A stretch of DNA of 64,000 nucleotides, from positions 3,081-67,080 of the forward strand of contig SGYO01000009.1 of assembly GCA_004321745.1 (NCBI GenBank), in the 5' to 3' direction. The translations under genes and the position numbers were made by a program. Shown in pieces: positions 9,803 to 19,196 of the stretch. The notes beneath the pieces are model-generated. The model was not told the origin of the DNA and did no database searches. It saw only the letters and a program-made list of their open reading frames with translations. The stretch comes from a bacterium (GTDB lineage Bacteria; Fidelibacterota; Marinisomatia; Marinisomatales; UBA1611). Numbering within the stretch: the first letter of the stretch is position 1; every line of letters begins with the position of its first letter.

Positions 9803-12208
9803 CTAGTCTAAAGTTCTTTTAATTTCCTTTACTTCAAAGACCTCAATAATATCACCCTCAAGATATTTTTTCATACCTGAAACGCCTATGCCACACTCTA
9901 AGCCTTCCTTAACTTCTTTAACATCGTCTTTAAATCTTTTTAGAGATTCAATCTTACCTTCAATAAAGAGTTCTTCATCTCGATATAATCTTGCACCCAT
10001 ATTTCTTTGTATCAGCCCTTCGGTAACTTTTGAACCAGCTATGAATCCAAGATTTGGAATTTTAAATTGTTGTTGAACAATTGCTTTGCCTATGATACTT
10101 TCCACTTTATCAGGTTCCAATAAACCCTCTAATGCTAGCTTTACCTCATCTACCACATTATATATGACATTATAAATCCTAATATCTACCCCTGCCTGAC
10201 TAGCTTGCAATTTAGCATTTGAAGAAACTTGAACATTGAAGCCAATTATTACGGCATTAGAAGCTTCCGCCAGAAGAACATCGGATTCAGTAACCATACC
10301 AACAGCGCTATGGATAACTTTAATTTCAACTTCATCATTATTAAGCTTAACAATATTTTCAGACAATGCATCTATAGAACCGTCTACATCTCCCTTAATA
10401 ATTACAGGAAGAGTTTTAATCGAACCCTCTTTGATTAATGCTGACATTTCATTAAGAGAAAAAGATATTCTTTTTTGTTCTATTTCTCTTCTATTTTTTT
10501 GCCTTTCATTTGATATTTTTTTCAAATCTTTTTCACTCTCAAGCACGGCAATGAGATCTCCAGCTTTTGGGACAGAATCAAACCCTTGTAACTGAACAGC
10601 ATCAGAAGGCTCAGCTATTTTTAGCCTTTTACCATTATCATTCATTATACTTTTTACTTTACCAGAATAATCATTACAAATAAATGGATCTCCAACTTTA
10701 AGGGTACCTTTTTGCACCAATACTGTTCCTATAGGACCCAACCCCTTATCTAATTTTGAGTCAATGACTGTACCAACAGCTAAACATTCTCTGTTAGCTT
10801 TAAGATCAAGTATTTCGGTTTCAAGTAATAAGCTATCTAGTAAATCATCAACGCCATCGCCATTAAGCGCACTAATTTCTACAGATTGAACCTTACCACC
10901 CCAACTTTCAACAAGAACATCATTCTCAGATAATTCTCTTTTAACCTTATCAGGATCTGCACCAGGCTTATCACATTTGTTAATAGCAACAATCATTGGA
11001 ACACCTGCTGCTTTGGAGTGATTTATTGCCTCTTTTGTTTGAGGCATAACTGCATCGTCAGCGGCAACAATTAAAATAACAATATCAGTCACCTGAGCTC
11101 CTCTGGCTCGCATTGCAGTAAAAGCCTCATGGCCAGGTGTATCCAAAAATGTTATTGAATTTTTACCTTTCACATTTACCTTATAAGCTCCAATATGTTG
11201 TGTAATACCACCAGATTCACCTGCAGCCACTTTTGTATTTCTTATGTAGTCCAAAAGACTAGTTTTACCATGATCAACGTGACCCATTACAGTCACCACC
11301 GGTGATCTACTTATAGCATTTTTTAGATCTTCTTCACTATCTTCAAATGAAAATAAATCTTCAGTCGTATCTTCGATTCTTTCAGCAATGAATTCAAAAT
11401 GGTTAGCAATTAGTTCAATAACATCCCAATCCAATCTTTGATTGATTGTTGCTAGAGTTCCTAGCTCAAGACAAAAAGCAATTATATCACTTGATGAGAC
11501 AGCAAATATTTTAGATAATTCATCAACACTTGAAAACTCTGGAATCTTAATTGTTTTTGTAATCTCAGTATTTTCATCCGTTTCATCAATTTTGGACTTA
11601 GCTTTTTTGTAAACTTTTTTCTTTTTTTTAGTCCCAAGTGCTGCTAGTGTAGCTTTTACTTTTGTTTCAACATTTTTAGAAACATTTGCAGACTTAGGTT
11701 TTGTATCTTTTTCATTTTTTGAAGAACCAGCCTGGATAAACTCCGATTGAATGTTAGATAAATTTATTTTCCTAAGTTTTTGCTTTTTAGTAGGTGTAAA
11801 TTTCTTTTTTATAGCTTTAGCCTTGCTTGTCGATCTCTTATCAGATCTATCGACGGGATGATCAAGCTTATTTTTTTCCGACTCAATTTTAACTTTATCT
11901 TTATCAAGCTTTTCTTTTTTTTCTAGTTTTCTTTGATCTTGAAGACTCAAAAGCTGAAGCTTTTTTTGAGATTCTTGCTTTTCTTTTAGCCTGGTATCAT
12001 GAATCTCTTTTCTAACCTGTTCTTTTCTAAACCTATCTACTAACATTTTATCTTTTGAAAACTCTGCCATAATGAGATTTTTTACTTCCTCATCAACAGG
12101 TGACATATGACTTTTAACATCAACGCCTTTTTTATTCAAAAATGATAAAATATCAGTATGTGATATATTTAACTCTTTTGCAATTTGAAATATTCTAACT
12201 ACTGACAT
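9803..12208 (-). CDS. infB: Translation initiation factor IF-2
   Basis: 801 aa. Lys-rich N-terminal region, GTPase core (VTVMGHVDHGKTSLLD, DTPGHEAF, NKCD), and the C-terminal IF2 domains. Confidence 0.97.
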   Translation of the reverse strand: MSVVRIFQIAKELNISHTDILSFLNKKGVDVKSHMSPVDEEVKNLIMAEFSKDKMLVDRFRKEQVRKEIHDTRLKEKQESQKKLQLLSLQDQRKLEKKEKLDKDKVKIESEKNKLDHPVDRSDKRSTSKAKAIKKKFTPTKKQKLRKINLSNIQSEFIQAGSSKNEKDTKPKSANVSKNVETKVKATLAALGTKKKKKVYKKAKSKIDETDENTEITKTIKIPEFSSVDELSKIFAVSSSDIIAFCLELGTLATINQRLDWDVIELIANHFEFIAERIEDTTEDLFSFEDSEEDLKNAISRSPVVTVMGHVDHGKTSLLDYIRNTKVAAGESGGITQHIGAYKVNVKGKNSITFLDTPGHEAFTAMRARGAQVTDIVILIVAADDAVMPQTKEAINHSKAAGVPMIVAINKCDKPGADPDKVKRELSENDVLVESWGGKVQSVEISALNGDGVDDLLDSLLLETEILDLKANRECLAVGTVIDSKLDKGLGPIGTVLVQKGTLKVGDPFICNDYSGKVKSIMNDNGKRLKIAEPSDAVQLQGFDSVPKAGDLIAVLESEKDLKKISNERQKNRREIEQKRISFSLNEMSALIKEGSIKTLPVIIKGDVDGSIDALSENIVKLNNDEVEIKVIHSAVGMVTESDVLLAEASNAVIIGFNVQVSSNAKLQASQAGVDIRIYNVIYNVVDEVKLALEGLLEPDKVESIIGKAIVQQQFKIPNLGFIAGSKVTEGLIQRNMGARLYRDEELFIEGKIESLKRFKDDVKEVKEGLECGIGVSGMKKYLEGDIIEVFEVKEIKRTLD

Positions 12209-12235
12209 TTTTCCCTTAGATTAAATTTAATAAAA

Positions 12236-13558
12236 TTATTCTTCTTCATCCTTTGTCAGGTCTAAACTACCATCAAAATTTTCATCCGCTAAATTAACTT
12301 CTTCCACGTCCCTTTCAATGAATAATTGAACCATAGAATAAACTTTATCTAGTTTTTCAGATGTTATGCCTTTTAAATCAACCAAGGACTCTTCATCAGT
12401 ATCCATTAAATCACTCACTGTTTTTATCCCGTTATTAGCTAATGACTTACTTAATTTATCCTCAATACCATCTATATCTGCTAGAGAGGTATTTTGATCA
12501 TTTTGTAAACGATTATACTGCTTGACTCCATAAGCATCTATTCTATATCCTACAACTTTGGAAGCAAGGTTAATATTCATACCATTTCTTCCGATTGCGG
12601 AATCGAGATTTTCATCCTCGAATATGGCAATACAATATTCTTTTTCTTCATCTATATATAGATTTACGGGCTTAGCTGGAGATAATGCTCTGGTGATTAA
12701 AATCTCGGGTTGTTCACTGTAGTTAACAATATCTATTTTTTCATTATTTAGCTCGCGAACAACTGCTTGTATCCTGCTACCTCGCATACCAACACATGCA
12801 CCTACAGGATCAATTCTCCTATCATTTGACTTTACTATTATTTTAGACCTGTCACCGGGCTGCCTAGCAATTGAAGTTATATCAATTATACCATCTTCAA
12901 TTTCTGGGACCTCCATTTCAAAAAGCTTGTTCAAAAAATGATTATCACTTCTACTGACAACTATGTCAGGCCCTTTTGAAGTAATTTCAACTGACTTTAT
13001 AATACTTCTTACAGTGTCTCCACGTCTATACCTTTCAGAAAAAATCTGTTCACTCCTTGGCAATCTTAGCTCTGCTTGGTCAATATTTATGTATACATTA
13101 TCCCTCTGTACTTGATGAACAACGCCGATAACAATCTCACCAATCCTATTAGCATAATCATCATATATGTAATTTCTTTCAACATCTCTTAATTTCTGTG
13201 AAAAAAAATGTTTTGCAGTATTTACAATTCTCCTCCCAAAGACTCTTAAATCTATTACCTCAACAAAAATATCTCCAATTGAAAGTCCCTCAGCTGCTTC
13301 AGGTTCTTTTGATATTGCTTCCTCTAATGTAATTTCAACCTTGTAATCATCGATCTCTTCAACGATAGTTTTCTCTGCGTATATCTCAATTTCGCCTTTA
13401 TCAAGATTAACAATGCAACTACAGTTTGATGAATCACCATATTCTCTCTCAATGATGTATAAAAATAACTCTTCCAAAATAGAAGCTAATTCAGACCTTT
13501 CAACATTTTTTTCTCTGGCTATTTCGGAAAAAACTTCTATTAATTCTCTATTTACCAA
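12236..13558 (-). CDS. nusA: Transcription termination/antitermination factor NusA
   Basis: 440 aa. N-terminal domain, S1 (GEIVIGVV), two KH domains (DPVGACVGMRGSRIQ ; AIGRNGMNINLASKV) and an acidic C-terminal HhH-like tail. Confidence 0.95.
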   Translation of the reverse strand: MVNRELIEVFSEIAREKNVERSELASILEELFLYIIEREYGDSSNCSCIVNLDKGEIEIYAEKTIVEEIDDYKVEITLEEAISKEPEAAEGLSIGDIFVEVIDLRVFGRRIVNTAKHFFSQKLRDVERNYIYDDYANRIGEIVIGVVHQVQRDNVYINIDQAELRLPRSEQIFSERYRRGDTVRSIIKSVEITSKGPDIVVSRSDNHFLNKLFEMEVPEIEDGIIDITSIARQPGDRSKIIVKSNDRRIDPVGACVGMRGSRIQAVVRELNNEKIDIVNYSEQPEILITRALSPAKPVNLYIDEEKEYCIAIFEDENLDSAIGRNGMNINLASKVVGYRIDAYGVKQYNRLQNDQNTSLADIDGIEDKLSKSLANNGIKTVSDLMDTDEESLVDLKGITSEKLDKVYSMVQLFIERDVEEVNLADENFDGSLDLTKDEEE

Positions 13559-13573
13559 AACTCCTCCTAATCT

Positions 13574-14011
13574 TTAGTCAATTGAAACTTTTATTTTTGC
13601 TGATTTTATATTTTCAAAAACAATAAAATAATCCTTTTTACTTTTCCTCAGAATTATACCTTCATTTTTAACATCAACTAACAAAAATGTATCACAAACA
13701 TAGCTGGAATCATTTTCATAATATTCAAGTAGTATGTTTCTACCAATATTTTTTTTATATTGAAACTTTTTTACCAAATTAGAACCTATTCCTGGTGTTG
13801 TAACCTCTAATCGACATCCATTTGGAAACATAGATAAAATACTATCATCATTTTTGATTCTCTTGGCTATATTAGAAGTTTCTTTAATGGTAATATTATC
13901 AAATGAGTCAATAGTAACTTTGACGAAATCTGAACCAGAATTATGAAATAAATCCATTAAAACTATGCCTTCAGAAAGGTGATTTTTAATTATACTTCTT
14001 AAATTTTCCAT
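13574..14011 (-). CDS. rimP: Ribosome maturation factor RimP
   Basis: 145 aa. RLEVTTPGIGSNL motif (the RimP-typical EVSSPG-like signature). Conserved position immediately upstream of nusA. Confidence 0.8.
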   Translation of the reverse strand: MENLRSIIKNHLSEGIVLMDLFHNSGSDFVKVTIDSFDNITIKETSNIAKRIKNDDSILSMFPNGCRLEVTTPGIGSNLVKKFQYKKNIGRNILLEYYENDSSYVCDTFLLVDVKNEGIILRKSKKDYFIVFENIKSAKIKVSID

Positions 14012-14017
14012 GTCTCT

Positions 14018-14050
14018 AAAAAAACAAAAGTGGGTCTTTCAACCCACTTT
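14018..14050 (-). terminator. Rho-independent terminator/attenuator, ending 6 nt upstream of the rimP ATG
   Basis: The minus strand reads AAAGTGGGT-TGAAAG-ACCCACTTT-TG-TTTTTTT-AGAGAC-ATG(rimP). That is a perfect 9-bp stem (14027..14035 / 14042..14050), a 6-nt loop and a 7-U tract (14018..14024). Confidence 0.75.
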
Positions 14051-14095
14051 AGTGATAGAAAATTATGATATATAAATAATTATTACAACAATCAT

Positions 14096-14773
14096 TTAAA
14101 AAGCAGACAACAATCCTTCAAATTCATTTATTTTTTGATTAATATGAGAAGGAAGGTTTTTGCTGTTTAAAATTTTTTCAACTTCAGTTTTTGCACCTTG
14201 TAAATCATTCATTTTTATTAACGTATTAATTTTTAACAATTTTAATTCAAGCCTGGAAGCATTATTTATATCAAAATTATTTGCTATTGCTATAATATCT
14301 AAACTTTTTAAAAAATCATTCTCATTAAAAGAAATATCAACCAAACGTTTAATAGCACCACAAACAAATGTTGCCTTTTTTGTATTATCCAGAAAATCAT
14401 TTAATAAAAATTTAGCCTCATCAAATTTACCTAGCTCATAAGCAATTTTACCAAGATAATAGTTGGAGAAAATTTCATTTTCAGTTCCTTCATAATTTGA
14501 GGAAATACTTTCAAACTGAAATTTTGCATTATCATAATCTGAGTTTGAATAAGCAACTAAAGCGGCACCAAAGGCGGAACTAGACTCTAGCTCAATGTCA
14601 CTTTGGTTATTTACGTAAAGTGATCCTGTAATAATAATTGCTATAAAAATAATTAAAACATTTATTATAGTTTTTCTATTTTCTTCAAATCCATTTTCTA
14701 TTTTCTGAAGATAATCCAAAAGAGGATCTTTTTTAATTTCTTTTCTTAAAATTTTACGACTAGGTTTTAACAT
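14096..14773 (-). CDS. Membrane-anchored TPR-like protein (YfgM-like architecture)
   Basis: 225 aa. Basic N-terminus, one TM (INVLIIFIAIIITGSLYV), then helical repeats with TPR-like Y..G......G....A patterns. Function not assignable. Confidence 0.5.
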   Translation of the reverse strand: MLKPSRKILRKEIKKDPLLDYLQKIENGFEENRKTIINVLIIFIAIIITGSLYVNNQSDIELESSSAFGAALVAYSNSDYDNAKFQFESISSNYEGTENEIFSNYYLGKIAYELGKFDEAKFLLNDFLDNTKKATFVCGAIKRLVDISFNENDFLKSLDIIAIANNFDINNASRLELKLLKINTLIKMNDLQGAKTEVEKILNSKNLPSHINQKINEFEGLLSAF

Positions 14774-14798
14774 TTTTGATTTTTCCTTACCAATTTAG

Positions 14799-14870
14799 TA
14801 CCCTCGGCAGGAATCGAACCTGCATCTAATGCTTAGGAGGCACTTGTTCTATCCATTGAACTACGAGGGT
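14799..14870 (-). tRNA. tRNA-Arg (anticodon CCT)
   Basis: Reverse complement ACCCTCGTAGTTCAATGGATAGAACAAGTGCCTCCTAAGCATTAGATGCAGGTTCGATTCCTGCCGAGGGTA. Acceptor is ACCCTCG/CGAGGGT, D stem GTTC/GAAC, anticodon loop CT-CCT-AA, T arm GCAGG-TTCGATT-CCTGC. Confidence 0.9.
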
Positions 14871-15131
14871 ATACAGGTTAATTCTTGACGATAAACGGGC
14901 AAAATATAATATTTATAATGTAGACTTAAAATACTGAAATACTAAATGATCGTTCAAAGAAACATTAATCTTAGTAGCTAATACTAAATAAGATTATTTA
15001 AGTTATGTAAATCATCCTTCCGTTTAATAAATCATAGTTTTTTCCAACAACATTTATTAAATGATTTTTGATGTAGTAATATTATTTCAAATAAATTAAT
15101 TCTTAAAAATGCAATTTGAATAAATATTTTT

Positions 15132-16154
15132 TTAATCTGATGATGAAGATAAATAGAATGACTCTGATTTAAGATTTCTAGTCATAAGAGTATTAACTTC
15201 CTCAACTGGGTCGGCATTTTCATAAAGAACCTTATAAACGGAGTCGCAAATTGGCATTTCAATTTCATACTTTTCACTTAATCTTTTTATTGAAAATGCT
15301 GATTTAACACCTTCAACAACCATATGGCTTTTACCAACAGCATTACCAAGAGTCATCCCTCTTCCAATGCGTTCCCCCAACTTTCTATTTCTACTATGGA
15401 TTGATCCACTGGTAACAATAATATCACCTATGCCAGCAAGTCCAAAAAATGTTTCAAATTTTGCTCCCGATTTTAAACCAAGCCTTGCAACTTCTTTTAT
15501 GCCGCGGGTAATTAATGCAGATTTTGTATTATCTCCATATCCAAATCCATCACAAAAGCCAGCAGCAATAGCAATAACATTTTTAGCAGAGCCACAGATC
15601 TCGACCCCGATCAAATCTTCATTAGTGTAAACTCTAAATTTGTTTGTAGAGAATAGACCTTGTACAATTTTAGAGGTCTCAATATTCTTTGATGCTGCTA
15701 CAACGGCTGTGGGCATATTGGATACAACCTCCTCTGCATGACTTGGCCCAGATATGGTCACATAATTTGATATGCTACCATTTACCTCAAAAATTACCTC
15801 ACTCATTATTTTAAGTGTCTTATTTTCTATTCCCTTTGCTATATTAATGATTATTGCAGAGGGGTCAATATGCTTTTTTGCTTTTGTAATTACTGCCCTG
15901 ATATGTTGGGATGGAACAGCAAGCACAATAACATTAGCTTGGTTCACTGCGGATTCTATTTCAGGGAAAAAAGAGATATTTTCATTGAAATTAATATCAT
16001 TAAGAAGATAGTGCTTTCTCGAGGATTGCATTTCATTGATTGCTGACTCATTTCTGTGCCAATATCGGACAAAAATACCCTTTTCTGCTAGAATTGCACC
16101 AAGGGCAGCACCCCAAGATCCACATCCAAGAAAAGTTACAATTTTATCTGACAT
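15132..16154 (-). CDS. gpsA: NAD(P)H-dependent glycerol-3-phosphate dehydrogenase
   Basis: 340 aa. N-terminal Rossmann FLGCGSWGAALGAILAEKG, plus ...GPSHAEEV... and ...KNVIAIAAG..DG.G.G.N.K.A.... motifs. Confidence 0.93.
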   Translation of the reverse strand: MSDKIVTFLGCGSWGAALGAILAEKGIFVRYWHRNESAINEMQSSRKHYLLNDINFNENISFFPEIESAVNQANVIVLAVPSQHIRAVITKAKKHIDPSAIIINIAKGIENKTLKIMSEVIFEVNGSISNYVTISGPSHAEEVVSNMPTAVVAASKNIETSKIVQGLFSTNKFRVYTNEDLIGVEICGSAKNVIAIAAGFCDGFGYGDNTKSALITRGIKEVARLGLKSGAKFETFFGLAGIGDIIVTSGSIHSRNRKLGERIGRGMTLGNAVGKSHMVVEGVKSAFSIKRLSEKYEIEMPICDSVYKVLYENADPVEEVNTLMTRNLKSESFYLSSSSD

Positions 16155-16160
16155 ATATCA

Positions 16161-17966
16161 TTATTCAGAGTACATTCCATTTATGACTTCTGACCAGTTA
16201 TCATTAATCTGCTTTCGTCTTATTTTCAATGTTGGAGTTAATTCACCCTCATCAATTGAAAAATCTTTTGGTAAGATTGAAAACTTTTTTATCTGCTCTG
16301 GATTAGAAAATTTTTGATTCAGCTTTTCAATCTCATCAGAAACAAAATTAAAAATATCTTCATTATCAGTAAAATCAGATAGCTTTTTATTATTGGAAAT
16401 AATGAGTTCATTTTGCTTGACTGGATCTTTGGGTATTTGATTAACATCAATTCCAATATGATCTCTCAATATTACACCCATATCTAACGTTATTAAAGCG
16501 GAACAGAACTTTCTATCATCTCCGACTAAAAAGCACTGGGAAACAATCGGAATTGATTTCATCGTTTCCTCGATTACTAACGGCGCAATATTTTTACCAC
16601 TTGAACTAACGTATATTTCCTTTTTTCTTCCTGTTATGTAGAGGTAACCATCAGAATCTATTTTGCCCACATCTCCTGTGTGAAGCCAACCATCAATGAT
16701 GGTTTCATCGGTGGCTTTTTCATTTTTATAATACCCTTTCATTACATTCTCACCTTTAATCAAAACTTCACCGTCATCGGCGATTTTTAAATCAAAAAAG
16801 GGCATACATGGGCCAACAGACCCGAATTTATTTTGACCTACATAATTTATAGAAATTCCAGCAGTGTTCTCTGTCATGCCATAGCCCTCATATATGGGGA
16901 TACCTAAAAAATGAAAGAATTCTAAAATTTCAGGATTTATTGGAGCAGCGCCAGAAATTGAAAAACGATTACTTCCGAATCCTGCAGCTTCCCTCAATTT
17001 CTTTTTAAAAATTGATGCTAAACCAGGTATTTTAAGTCCTATGCTAAGAATTGCTTTCGAATCAATAGCAGCTTTCAAATTGGAATAAACCTTTTCATAA
17101 ATTCTAGGTACACTAATAAACAGATGAGGCTGGACCTCTTTAGCATAATCGATGGTATTTAGAGGACTATCCACAACATACATATGCATTGCTCTTCGAA
17201 CCCAATGGTGATTATCAACCAGTTGACCAAATACGTGAGCTAAGGGCAACCAAGATACATACCTATCGCCCTGACCAAACTTTAGAACTTGCCCTACGGA
17301 ATCGAGTTCCACTTTAAAGTTATTGTGTGTAAGCTCTACTCCTTTGGGGTTACCTGTTGTCCCAGAAGTATATATTAAAGAGGTTGTATCACTCGCTTCA
17401 ATACTATTCATTCTATCTAAAATATCATCATCAGATACATTCACTCCTCTAGCAATGAAATCATCCCAACTAATTATTTTATCATTATCAATAGCTTTAA
17501 TATCATCACCCATTAATACAACATTTTCAAGTGATTCAATTTTATCAATAATTGAAAGTAGCCGCACTAGGGGCATTTTATCTTCCTCACCATTATCATT
17601 TGGATTATGACCAACAAAAATAATTTTAGAATCTGAATTGCCTACGATCCATTCAACCTCAGCAGACGATGAAGTGTGGTATACAGCTACGGAGGTACTA
17701 TTAATCATTTGCATAGCACTATAGCAACCAAACCATTCTTTTCTATTATAACTGTAAATAGAGCATTTATCTCCTATTTGCATGTTCATAGCAATTAAAG
17801 ATTTAGCTATTCTCATAACATAATCATAATACTCAGACCAAGTAAATGTTGACCATACACCATCAATCTTTTCAGAAAGGGCAGGTTCATTGGGATATTT
17901 ATTTTTATTATCTAAAAGATATTCTGGAGTATAGCTCATATAATTGATTCCTTCAAAAATGTTCAA
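16161..17966 (-). CDS. Long-chain-fatty-acid--CoA ligase (AMP-forming acyl-CoA synthetase family)
   Basis: 601 aa. AMP-binding signature LIYTSGTTGNPKGVELTHNN, EGYGMTE, GWLHTGDVG..D.DGYLYITGRKKE and C-terminal PTLKIRR. Confidence 0.85.
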   Translation of the reverse strand: MNIFEGINYMSYTPEYLLDNKNKYPNEPALSEKIDGVWSTFTWSEYYDYVMRIAKSLIAMNMQIGDKCSIYSYNRKEWFGCYSAMQMINSTSVAVYHTSSSAEVEWIVGNSDSKIIFVGHNPNDNGEEDKMPLVRLLSIIDKIESLENVVLMGDDIKAIDNDKIISWDDFIARGVNVSDDDILDRMNSIEASDTTSLIYTSGTTGNPKGVELTHNNFKVELDSVGQVLKFGQGDRYVSWLPLAHVFGQLVDNHHWVRRAMHMYVVDSPLNTIDYAKEVQPHLFISVPRIYEKVYSNLKAAIDSKAILSIGLKIPGLASIFKKKLREAAGFGSNRFSISGAAPINPEILEFFHFLGIPIYEGYGMTENTAGISINYVGQNKFGSVGPCMPFFDLKIADDGEVLIKGENVMKGYYKNEKATDETIIDGWLHTGDVGKIDSDGYLYITGRKKEIYVSSSGKNIAPLVIEETMKSIPIVSQCFLVGDDRKFCSALITLDMGVILRDHIGIDVNQIPKDPVKQNELIISNNKKLSDFTDNEDIFNFVSDEIEKLNQKFSNPEQIKKFSILPKDFSIDEGELTPTLKIRRKQINDNWSEVINGMYSE

Positions 17967-18049
17967 TTTAATTAATATAAAGTAATTATTTCATGTAACA
18001 TAAAACATATAAAAGTTTTTGTAAAATAAATCTGAGTCGAATCAATTAC

Positions 18050-18077
18050 TTGACAGATAAACAAATGTTAAAATAAT
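18050..18077 (+). promoter_or_regulatory. Candidate sigma70-type promoter for tRNA-Leu
   Basis: TTGACA (18050..18055), 16 nt, AATAAT (18072..18077). About 35 nt upstream of the tRNA-Leu 5' end. Sequence pattern only. Confidence 0.35.
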
Positions 18078-18112
18078 TTAAATGATCTATTTTTGAGTAA
18101 TTTATAAATTAT

Positions 18113-18196
18113 GCCGGGGTGGCGGAATTGGTAGACGCGCCTGACTCAAAATCTGGTGGGTGCAAGCCCGTGGGGGTTCGAGTCCCTCCCTCGGTA
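18113..18196 (+). tRNA. tRNA-Leu (anticodon CAA), class II with long variable arm
   Basis: GCCGGGGTGGCGGAATTGGTAGACGCGCCTGACTCAAAATCTGGTGGGTGCAAGCCCGTGGGGGTTCGAGTCCCTCCCTCGGTA. Anticodon loop CT-CAA-AA, long variable arm (GGTGGGTGCAAGCCCGT), T-loop TTCGAGT. Confidence 0.9.
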
Positions 18197-18271
18197 CTTT
18201 TTATAATTAAATGTTTATTTATATTTTTTAAATTTTCACTTGACTCATAATATTATATCCTATACTTTTAA

Positions 18272-18366
18272 GCAATAAAGGTGCTGGTTTGGTACCTTTG
18301 GTATGTGGAAGGGGTAGATGTTCACTGTGTTCCGAGGTCATTGTGAAATCTGCCCCAATTTTTTTA
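18272..18366 (+). ncRNA. Candidate small RNA (or structured tRNA-Leu trailer): two hairpins ending in an intrinsic terminator
   Basis: Hairpin 1 is AAAGGTGC-TGGTTTG-GTACCTTT (18277..18299). Hairpin 2 is GGGGTAGAT(G)TTCAC...GTGAA-ATCTGCCCC (18311..18356), followed by AA-TTTTTTT (18359..18365). A promoter-like TTGACT (18240..18245), 15 nt, TATACT (18261..18266) lies upstream. There is no plus-strand CDS downstream, and no family was recognised by eye. Confidence 0.35.
18311..18365 (+). terminator. Rho-independent terminator (plus strand)
   Basis: A GC-rich 9 + 5 bp interrupted stem (GGGGTAGAT/ATCTGCCCC and TTCAC/GTGAA) is followed by a 7-T run. On the minus strand no U-tract follows, so it is directional. 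Confidence 0.7.
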
Positions 18367-18548
18367 TATACTATTATTAATAATCTTTAAATTCTAATAT
18401 TACTAGGTTTATTTAATAAAGTTAAATTATAACATTAAATAAATATTAAAATTTTTCCATATCAGCATTAATCTAGCTAGCATAAAATCTGAGAAAAACA
18501 TCCAACATAATCTATTACTTTAAGTACTTTGTATTTAGAATGTAAAAT

Positions 18549-19196
18549 CTAAAAACCACCTTCTATATATCTATTAATTGAATCGTTAATATCCTGCCAG
18601 TAATGACCTTTTCGTTTAAGTTTATTTATAATCTTTTCTCTAAGAATATGATTTCCCCGAATTTCATCTGAGGTATATTTTTTTAAAACTTTAATAATAA
18701 TACTCTGTATATCTATTTCACTATAAATAGAAGATAAAATTTTAGAAATCATATCATCAGAGTTAATATACTTTTTTAATTTATACTTTAAAGCAATTGG
18801 ACCAAGTGAGTTTTGGTTAATCTGATCTTTTGAAAATGCCAAACCAAATTCTTCATCATTGATCCAACCATTTTTCTCAAAATCTATTAAAACTAAATCA
18901 ATATTAGTCGGATCATAATTTTTTGCTAGTAGCTTTTCATAAAGCTCTCTTTTACTACGCATACGGTAACTAAGTAATGCCAAACCTGCATTTTTAAGAT
19001 TTTGATATTCTTGTTTCGATAATAGATTTTCTAAATTTGAAGCATCAATCTCTTTTCCTTCTTTTATTGATTCAGATGTTAAAATACTATTTGAAACCTC
19101 AAGGGTAGCGCCGTTGTCAAGTTTTACAAAAAATAAATCCTTGCTTCTTTTTTTTGGGTATATTGATAATATTCTATTTTTTTTCTTCAACATCAA
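18549..19196 (-). CDS. recX: Recombination regulator RecX
   Basis: 215 aa of three-helix repeats ([23 protein letters not shown]...ID.VL..F...G.INDEEF). Overlaps the recA 3' end by 23 nt; the recA-recX order is conserved. Confidence 0.8.
   Translation of the reverse strand: MMLKKKNRILSIYPKKRSKDLFFVKLDNGATLEVSNSILTSESIKEGKEIDASNLENLLSKQEYQNLKNAGLALLSYRMRSKRELYEKLLAKNYDPTNIDLVLIDFEKNGWINDEEFGLAFSKDQINQNSLGPIALKYKLKKYINSDDMISKILSSIYSEIDIQSIIIKVLKKYTSDEIRGNHILREKIINKLKRKGHYWQDINDSINRYIEGGF

Noticed and set aside
14885-14910. Plus-strand TTGACG ... TATAAT promoter-like pair next to tRNA-Arg
   Set aside because: The spacer is only 14 nt, and there is no plus-strand gene or structured RNA downstream. 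It is likely a chance match in AT-rich DNA.
14799-18196. tRNA-Arg and tRNA-Leu as integration sites of a genomic island
   Set aside because: The flanking genes are housekeeping (rimP operon, gpsA, acyl-CoA ligase, recA). There is no integrase, and I saw no duplicated tRNA 3' segment that would mark an att site.
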